A stretch of 64,000 bases of DNA from an uncultured Gammaproteobacteria bacterium (GTDB lineage: Bacteria; Pseudomonadota; Gammaproteobacteria; Xanthomonadales; SZUA-36), in the NCBI GenBank assembly GCA_963704855.1, contig CAVPHY010000017.1, positions 123,292-187,291 of the forward strand, in the 5' to 3' direction. Shown one piece after another: positions 57,730-64,000 of this stretch. Under the pieces are notes generated by a model. It searched no databases. It was not told the origin of the DNA and was given only the letters and a program-made list of their open reading frames with translations. A program made the position numbers and the translations under genes. The stretch's first letter is position 1, and every line of letters begins with the position of its first letter.

Positions 57730-59022
57730 CTACCTCAATAATTCAAAACGGTCTCTATGGGCCCATAAGCCCAACGCGGGATTGGAAATATAAAACACCT
57801 CTTCACCATCGGGCAGGGTGTTATAGCCTTCCTTTAAGGTTTCTGGGTTATAGCGGGCCGTTACCTCGTCGTAATCCGCCCACTGAAAGCCGACGCTTTC
57901 GATTTCCTGCTGGGTGAGGTTGTCCGCGCCTTTGCCGGGGCAATAGGTGATACTGAAACGGCCTTCGGAAGAGCCATGAATCAAATGGGCCGCAGCCGCC
58001 AGGTTACTGGCCAGGTCCTCGTTCTCCGCGACCTTTTTCAGCGTGTGAGGCGTTCCGAAATAACCGTATTTCCTGATCTGCGCATCGATCTGCTTGTCTT
58101 CTCCAAACTCGACCAGCGCCGGCGCCAGCACGATCAGTTCACCACCATCCGCCAGGGCCATACGCGTGCGGTAGACACTCTTGTTACCCAGCCACGTGCT
58201 CTTGAACTCGGTCGGGTCAAGCCAGACGACGACCTTTTTCAGGGGCTTTTCGAGCATTTCAAAATTGACCTGCAGCGACAGTTTTGCCGCTTTATTGAAC
58301 ACGCTGAAATCGTCGCCGATAAACAAACCATAGGTTTGCAATTCACCTTGCTTGTTCAATCCCACAACGGTCTGAACGTAAACAATCGGCAGGTGCTTTG
58401 CAAAGTGTTCGGACGCGTAGTTGAAGATCTTACGCACGGGCGTATCGGCGTGGCCCATCATTCTTTCCATTCCATAGACGGCCCCGATGTAGTGGCTCTT
58501 GTGTATCCCTTCCGTACCACCCGTGCCGACAAAAATGTTCTTGTTGTAATTGGCCATACCCACCACTTCGTGGGGCACCACCTGGCCGATGGACAGGATT
58601 AAATCAAAATCTCCTTCCACCAGTAATTTATTGACCTGAGCCGGCCAGGTAAAATCACAGGCGCCTTGCGAGACTTCTTTTACAAACTCGGCGGGCACCG
58701 TACCGAGCGTGATCACATCGTTGCGCCAGTCGTGGACCCTGAACAGGTCCTTGGGTGTCTGGCCGAACATATGACTGATCTGCGCATCGGTCATCGGAGT
58801 ATGCGTACCCAGGGCGGGCAAAATATCCGTCAGCCGGTCCCCCAGGTGCTCCCAGCAATACTCTGTCAGTTCACCGGAACGCGATGGCAGGCGGGTGTAA
58901 TCGGGTGGCACCACCAGCACTTTTTGTCTCTCTCCGATTTTCTTCAGGGCCGTCACCATGCCCTTTTTCAAATCATCTGCTGAGAGAGAGGTTTCGGGTG
59001 AACCCGTTTCGTAATAAATCAT
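57730..59022 (-). CDS. LarA-like (lactate racemase domain / DUF2088) nickel-pincer-dependent hydroxyacid epimerase homologue
   Basis: 430 aa. ..VVPPDYTRLPS.., ..LPALGTHTPMT.., ..GQVVPHEVVGMANYNK.. resemble LarA N-terminal-domain signatures. Confidence 0.7.
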   Translation of the reverse strand: MIYYETGSPETSLSADDLKKGMVTALKKIGERQKVLVVPPDYTRLPSRSGELTEYCWEHLGDRLTDILPALGTHTPMTDAQISHMFGQTPKDLFRVHDWRNDVITLGTVPAEFVKEVSQGACDFTWPAQVNKLLVEGDFDLILSIGQVVPHEVVGMANYNKNIFVGTGGTEGIHKSHYIGAVYGMERMMGHADTPVRKIFNYASEHFAKHLPIVYVQTVVGLNKQGELQTYGLFIGDDFSVFNKAAKLSLQVNFEMLEKPLKKVVVWLDPTEFKSTWLGNKSVYRTRMALADGGELIVLAPALVEFGEDKQIDAQIRKYGYFGTPHTLKKVAENEDLASNLAAAAHLIHGSSEGRFSITYCPGKGADNLTQQEIESVGFQWADYDEVTARYNPETLKEGYNTLPDGEEVFYISNPALGLWAHRDRFELLR

Positions 59023-59094
59023 GTTGGCTGCCTGTTGGTGTTGTCAGTCTCCACCGCCATTGTACCTGCGTTACACTTTTATGTAATATTTTAT

Positions 59095-59108
59095 TGCCAC
59101 CGGTGGCA
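59095..59108. promoter_or_regulatory. Perfect 14-bp palindrome in the divergent LarA-like / SDR promoter region (candidate operator)
   Basis: tgccaccggtggca fits TGnnAnCGnTnnCA, the generic LacI-family operator architecture. Confidence 0.5.
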
Positions 59109-59180
59109 TTCGGCACTATCCTTACACAGGAGAATGTCGGTAACCTATAAGCCATTCACACACTGGATACCAGGGAACGT

Positions 59181-59957
59181 ATGTCCTATTTAGACGATTT
59201 ATTTTCACTTCGCGGAAAAACCGCTGTTGTTATCGGCGGTACCGGCGAACTATGCGGGACAATGGCCGTGTCACTTGCCGGCGCCGGCGCCGAGGTCGTA
59301 CTGGTCGGCCGCGACAAGGAAAAGGCTGCGAACCGGCTCTCACAGATCAGCGCTGCGGGCAGCAAGGGTTATTTCATAGCCGCTGATATCACGACGCGTG
59401 CAGGGCTCGAGCAACTGCTAGCGGAAGTTGTCGACAGATCAGGGCAATGCGACATACTCATCAATGGCGCCGGTATCAATGCAGCGACGCCATTCCTCGA
59501 AATCCCCGAGGACGAATACGACCGCATTTTCGCCACCAACACCAAGGCCGTGTTCCTCGCCTGCCAGGTGTTTGGAAAATATTTCCTCGACAATGGCATT
59601 TCCGCCTCGATCATCAATGTGGGTTCGATGTCAGGTGTGATTCCATTGTCGCGGGTATTCACCTATTCCATGACCAAGGCTGCCGTGCATAACCTGTCAC
59701 GGAACCTCGCCCGTGAATGGGCCATGCAAGGCATACGTGTCAACACGCTGGTGCCCGGTTTCTTCCCGGCTGAACAGAACCGCAAGGTCCTGACCCCGGA
59801 ACGGGTGGATCAGATCATGGGGCACACACCCATGAAACGTTTTGGAAAGGCGGAGGAACTCTGCGGTGCAACCTTGCTGTTGGCCTCCAATGCCGGCTCA
59901 TTTATTACCGGCGAGGAGATCATCGTCGACGGCGGCTACGCTGCAATGACCATCTAA
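59181..59957 (+). CDS. SDR family oxidoreductase (fructuronate/mannonate or gluconate-5-dehydrogenase-like)
   Basis: Gly-rich NAD motif [10 protein letters not shown]. Catalytic YSMTKAAV (YxxxK). Confidence 0.85.
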   Translation: MSYLDDLFSLRGKTAVVIGGTGELCGTMAVSLAGAGAEVVLVGRDKEKAANRLSQISAAGSKGYFIAADITTRAGLEQLLAEVVDRSGQCDILINGAGINAATPFLEIPEDEYDRIFATNTKAVFLACQVFGKYFLDNGISASIINVGSMSGVIPLSRVFTYSMTKAAVHNLSRNLAREWAMQGIRVNTLVPGFFPAEQNRKVLTPERVDQIMGHTPMKRFGKAEELCGATLLLASNAGSFITGEEIIVDGGYAAMTI

Positions 59958-59975
59958 TTCAGTACAGGACATTTC

Positions 59976-61217
59976 ATGAAACTCGAAAAATTCAGTTTTG
60001 GCATGGGTGACCGATTCCTTCACCAGGGTGTGGCCCAGTTGCAGGCCATCATCAATGCCAGGGATGCAGGTATCGACATCACACCGGTGTGGAACAAGTC
60101 CAACCGCGAGCATCAGATTGTCGGCACTGAGCCGCTCAGTTTGCGCAAGGAAGCCGATGATGCGGTCAAGGTTCTTGGATGGCAGGGCAGTTACCGGGTC
60201 GACGCTGACCATATCAACCTTGAAACGGTTGACCGGTTTTTGCATTGCAGTGATTTTTTCACCCTCGATGTCGGTGATGCGATAGGCGAACCCGCCAGCA
60301 AGGCAGACATCACGACATTTATCGGGAAACACGCCAAGTACATCGGCAAGCTGACCATTCCGGGCGCAGGAACCTATGAAGTGAAGTATGCGACCCTCGA
60401 AGCGGTTGCCAAAACATTCCTGAAGGCCGTGCAGACAGCCGGCGTTATCTACCGTCATATCGTTGCTCAGCGTGGTTCCGGCTTCATCCCCGAGGTTTCG
60501 ATGGATGAAACGGCAAACCCGCAGACACCGCTGGAATTGTTTTTTATCCTCGCAGCGATTGCCGATGAAGGTATCCCTGCGCAGACCATTGCACCGAAAT
60601 TCACCGGCCGGTTCAACAAGGGCGTTGACTACGTTGGTGACCTTGCGCAGTTCGAAAAGGAATTCAACGACGACCTGGCCACCATCGCCTTTGCCATTTC
60701 GGAATTTGGCCTGCCGGATAACCTGAAACTGAGCATCCACTCCGGCTCCGACAAGTTTTCAATTTACAAACCCATCCGTGATGCGTTGAAACGCACCGGT
60801 GCGGGCGTGCACGTTAAAACTGCAGGCACCACCTGGCTCGAAGAACTGATCGGGTTGGCCGAGGCCGGTGGCGAAGGGCTGGAAATTGCCAGGGAAGTGT
60901 ACGCCAGCTCACTTGAACACATGGATGCACTGTGCAAACCTTACGCCACGGTTATCGATATCGATGCTGACAAGCTGCCATCTGCGTTGGAGGTCAACAG
61001 CTGGAGTGGTGAAGAATATGCCCGTGCCCTGCGTCACAACCAGGCCGATCCGCTTTACAATCTGCACCTGCGGCAATTGCTGCACGTTGGCTACAAGGTG
61101 GCCGCACAGATGGGCGACCGCTATTACGACGCACTGAAAAAATTTGAATCCGATGTTGCCCGCAACGTGACCGAAAACCTCTGGGAACGTCACATAAAGA
61201 TCCTGTTTATGGACTAA
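59976..61217 (+). CDS. Tagaturonate/fructuronate epimerase family protein (UxaE-like)
   Basis: [31 protein letters not shown].. is the pattern I associate with the UxaE family. 413 aa. Confidence 0.65.
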   Translation: MKLEKFSFGMGDRFLHQGVAQLQAIINARDAGIDITPVWNKSNREHQIVGTEPLSLRKEADDAVKVLGWQGSYRVDADHINLETVDRFLHCSDFFTLDVGDAIGEPASKADITTFIGKHAKYIGKLTIPGAGTYEVKYATLEAVAKTFLKAVQTAGVIYRHIVAQRGSGFIPEVSMDETANPQTPLELFFILAAIADEGIPAQTIAPKFTGRFNKGVDYVGDLAQFEKEFNDDLATIAFAISEFGLPDNLKLSIHSGSDKFSIYKPIRDALKRTGAGVHVKTAGTTWLEELIGLAEAGGEGLEIAREVYASSLEHMDALCKPYATVIDIDADKLPSALEVNSWSGEEYARALRHNQADPLYNLHLRQLLHVGYKVAAQMGDRYYDALKKFESDVARNVTENLWERHIKILFMD

Positions 61218-61228
61218 CGAATACTGGA

Positions 61229-62701
61229 ATGACTATGAATGCTACAGACAGAAAATGTGATATCGGCCTGATCGGCCTCGCCGTTATGGGCGAAAACCTT
61301 GTCCTTAATATGGCAAGCCATGATTTCAAAGTGGCGGTATTCAATCGCACCACCAGCAAGGTTGATGACTTCATGGCTGGCCGCGCCAAGGGTAAAAACA
61401 TCGTCGGATGCCACAGTGTTGAAGCGCTTATCGCCAACCTGGAGCGCCCCCGCAAGGTATTTTTACTGGTAAAGGCCGGCGCGGCGGTCGATGCCCTGGT
61501 CGAATCGATTATCCCGCATCTCGAGCCGGGCGATATCATCATCGATGGCGGTAACTCGCACTTCCCCGACACCATCCGGCGCACGGCCTACGTGGAAAGC
61601 AAGGGTCTTTTATTCGTCGGAACAGGTGTATCCGGTGGTGAAGAGGGTGCGCTCATGGGTCCTTCGATCATGCCGGGCGGATCGGCTGCGGCATGGCCCC
61701 ACGTCAAGGAAATATTCCAGTCCATCGCGGCCAAGGTCGACGATGGCTCGCCCTGTTGCGAGTGGATTGGCAACGATGGCGCCGGCCATTTTGTGAAGAT
61801 GGTGCACAACGGTATCGAGTACGGCGATATGCAGATGATCTGCGAAGCCTACGCCCTGATGCGTAATGTACTGGGAATGGCGCCTGCCGAGATATCAGCC
61901 GTATTCGGCAAGTGGAATGAAGGCGAGCTGGACAGTTACCTTATCGAAATCACCCGTGACATCCTGGCCAAGGTGGACGATGAAACCGGTAAGCCGATGG
62001 TCGATGTCATCATGGACAAGGCCGGTCAAAAAGGCACGGGCCGCTGGACTTCGCTTACCGCACTTGACCTGGGCGTACCGGCCCAGACGATCGTGGAGGC
62101 CGTTTTTGCCCGTGCTCTGAGTGCTATCAAGGATGAGCGGCTGATTGCCGCGAAGCAACTGACCGGCCCGGAGGCCATGTTCACAGGGGATAAAACAGCT
62201 TTCCTTGAGCAATTACGACAGGCGCTTTTTGCATCGAAGATCTGTTCCTACGCCCAGGGCTACCAGTTGATGCGGGCAGCTGCCAAAGAATACAACTGGG
62301 ATTTTAACTACGGCGAAATCGCGTTGATGTGGCGTGGTGGCTGCATCATTCGCGCGCAGTTCCTCGGTGACATCAAGAAGGCCTACGACAAACACCCCGG
62401 TCTGCAAAACCTGCTGCTGGATGTTTACTTCAAAAACGCGATCGAGAACAGTCAATCGGCATGGCGGCAAGTGATTGCCACCGCCGTGCTCAATGGTGTT
62501 CCCACGCCGACTTTCAGCTCGGCACTGGCCTATTACGATGGTTATCGCAGCGCGGTTCTGCCTGCAAGCCTGTTGCAGGCCCAGCGCGACTATTTCGGCG
62601 CCCACACCTATGAGCGCGTGGATAAGCCGGCCGGTGAGTATTTTCACACCAACTGGACCGGTACCGGCGGCGATACCGTTTCGACCACTTACAACGTTTG
62701 A
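61229..62701 (+). CDS. gnd: 6-phosphogluconate dehydrogenase, decarboxylating
   Basis: [17 protein letters not shown] Rossmann motif. [27 protein letters not shown]. 490 aa. Confidence 0.92.
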   Translation: MTMNATDRKCDIGLIGLAVMGENLVLNMASHDFKVAVFNRTTSKVDDFMAGRAKGKNIVGCHSVEALIANLERPRKVFLLVKAGAAVDALVESIIPHLEPGDIIIDGGNSHFPDTIRRTAYVESKGLLFVGTGVSGGEEGALMGPSIMPGGSAAAWPHVKEIFQSIAAKVDDGSPCCEWIGNDGAGHFVKMVHNGIEYGDMQMICEAYALMRNVLGMAPAEISAVFGKWNEGELDSYLIEITRDILAKVDDETGKPMVDVIMDKAGQKGTGRWTSLTALDLGVPAQTIVEAVFARALSAIKDERLIAAKQLTGPEAMFTGDKTAFLEQLRQALFASKICSYAQGYQLMRAAAKEYNWDFNYGEIALMWRGGCIIRAQFLGDIKKAYDKHPGLQNLLLDVYFKNAIENSQSAWRQVIATAVLNGVPTPTFSSALAYYDGYRSAVLPASLLQAQRDYFGAHTYERVDKPAGEYFHTNWTGTGGDTVSTTYNV

Positions 62702-62714
62702 GCTGGATAAATAG

Positions 62715-63797
62715 ATGAGCCTATTGAATATACGCAAAGATAACTGCGAGCTGGATTTCCTGTCTCTCGGTTCCCTTGTTCACCGCCTCGATCCGGGTGT
62801 AATCCCTTTCCGTAAAGCCCGCTCAGTTGAAATCCACGTCTCCGGCGGCGAATACAATGTCGCTGCCGGTTTGGCCGATTGCTTCGGTCTGAACACCGGT
62901 ATCGTCAGCGCCATGGTCGATTACGGCATCGGTGAACTGGTTGAATCCCGCGTCAAGGAAATGGGTGTTAAACCCTTCTTCAAGCGTTTCGCCCACAACG
63001 GTGTCGATGGCCCCAATATCGCGGCCGTTTACAGTGACCGCGGTTATGGCGTACGCCCACCGGTGGTGTTCTATAACCGCGCCAACGAGGCGGGTGCCAT
63101 GCTCAAGGCCGGTGATTTTGACTGGGACGAGATCTTCGGGCGGGGTGTGCGCTGGTTCCATTCCGGCGGCATCTACGCCGCACTTTCCAAAACCACGTCG
63201 GGTTTGATTATCGAGGCCATGAAGGCGGCCAAGAAGCACGGCGCAATCACCTCTTTCGACCTGAATTACCGCCCGAAATTGTGGGCGCCCAACGGTGGTC
63301 TCGAGCAGGCCCAGAAAACCTTCCGCGCCATCGTCGAGCACGTCGATGTACTGCTCGGTAACGAGGAAGATTTGCAGCTGGGCCTGGGTATTGAAGGCCA
63401 GGATGTGGAATCATCATCGAAGCTCGACACACGCGCCTTTCTCGGTATGATCGAAAAGGTCAGGGCTGCATTTCCGAATATCCAGTCCGTCGCCACCACC
63501 TTGCGGGAAGTGGAATCCAGCAACCGCCACCAATGGGGTGCAGTGGTCTGGTGCCAGGGCGAGCAGGCTGTCAGCCCGGTGCGTGAACTGGGTGTAATCG
63601 ACCGGATCGGCGGCGGCGACGGTTTTGCCACCGGCCTGATCTACGGCTTTCTCAACGGTCGCAGCCTCGATGAAACCGTACGGCTGGGTTGGGCACATGG
63701 CGCCCTGCTGACAACTTTCCCCGGCGACACCACCATGGCCAAATTGTCCGAGGTGGAAGCATTCGCCAAGGGCGGCTCGGCCAGGGTACAAAGGTAG
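62715..63797 (+). CDS. PfkB-family sugar (acid) kinase, KdgK-like
   Basis: GGEYNVAAGLA N-terminal motif and the C-terminal DRIGGGDGFATG anion-hole motif. Confidence 0.8.
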   Translation: MSLLNIRKDNCELDFLSLGSLVHRLDPGVIPFRKARSVEIHVSGGEYNVAAGLADCFGLNTGIVSAMVDYGIGELVESRVKEMGVKPFFKRFAHNGVDGPNIAAVYSDRGYGVRPPVVFYNRANEAGAMLKAGDFDWDEIFGRGVRWFHSGGIYAALSKTTSGLIIEAMKAAKKHGAITSFDLNYRPKLWAPNGGLEQAQKTFRAIVEHVDVLLGNEEDLQLGLGIEGQDVESSSKLDTRAFLGMIEKVRAAFPNIQSVATTLREVESSNRHQWGAVVWCQGEQAVSPVRELGVIDRIGGGDGFATGLIYGFLNGRSLDETVRLGWAHGALLTTFPGDTTMAKLSEVEAFAKGGSARVQR

Positions 63798-63807
63798 GAG
63801 ACCGAAC

Positions 63808-64000
63808 ATGACAGCAGCACTGGCAAGCTTCAGCAAGTACAGAAACACATTCCTGATCGATGTGGCTTTGTTAACGACCCTGTACCTGCTACCCAGCCTC
63901 TCCCACGCCACCGCACTGCCCCTGTACATGTTCGAGCCAATGCGCATTGCGCTGATCATCGCGCTGCTGTTCACCAACCGCGCCAATGCCTACTTCATCG
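63808..64000 (+). CDS. Hypothetical membrane protein, N-terminal fragment (runs off window end)
   Basis: ATG at 63808 is preceded by aaggtaggag. It reads MTAALASFSKYRNTFLIDVALLTTLYLLPSLSHATALPLYMFEPMRIALIIALLF.., which is hydrophobic. It is absent from the ORF track because there is no stop in the window. Confidence 0.5.
   Translation, partial: MTAALASFSKYRNTFLIDVALLTTLYLLPSLSHATALPLYMFEPMRIALIIALLFTNRANAYFI

Noticed and set aside
1-64000. CRISPR arrays, tRNA/rRNA genes, IS elements, integrases, prophage or defence-system genes
   Set aside because: I scanned the intergenic gaps and ORF translations. There are no direct-repeat arrays, cloverleaf-like segments, or transposase, integrase or nuclease-type proteins. 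The only sizeable non-coding repeat is the palindrome at 15523-15685.

Overview
The window is 64 kb of densely coding bacterial chromosome. I saw no rRNA, tRNA, CRISPR array, transposase or integrase. Gene content, TonB-dependent sugar uptake and roughly 50-55% GC suggest a marine gammaproteobacterium, possibly Cellvibrionales- or Alteromonadales-like; this taxon call is low-confidence inference.

Layout, left to right:
1. glmU (partial), an S9 peptidase and a few small housekeeping or membrane genes.
2. A complete four-gene Anbu operon on the minus strand: circularly permuted ATP-grasp, alpha-E, transglutaminase, then the proteasome-like Anbu peptidase.
3. A glycogen operon, glgC-glgB-glgP-glgX, with no glgA. 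A ~163-bp imperfect palindrome sits between glgB and glgP.
4. A TonB-dependent starch/maltodextrin utilisation locus. It holds a LacI regulator, a TBDR, a tryptophan-halogenase homologue, two GH13 genes, a GH97 gene, two SLC45-like MFS transporters, malQ and glk. A 14-15 nt candidate operator is shared between its promoters.
5. A tightly packed co-directional cluster: VolA-like secreted lipase, DUF1302 (frameshifted), DUF1329, BNR/YCF48-like propeller, MMPL/RND transporter, alpha/beta-hydrolase. I consider this the best candidate for an uncharacterised envelope-spanning lipid/ester handling system.
6. A patatin gene, a PHA-associated small protein, a secreted amidohydrolase and an orphan secreted protein.
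7. A long minus-strand operon: LarA-like epimerase, pdxB, two small ORFs (one looks like a glycoside-hydrolase fusion remnant), and a TAT-exported two-subunit molybdoenzyme.
8. Divergent from that operon: SDR, UxaE, gnd and a PfkB kinase. Together with the LarA-like gene these suggest a hexuronate -> gluconate -> 6-phosphogluconate route.

All calls come from reading the ORF translations and the DNA by eye. No database search was run.
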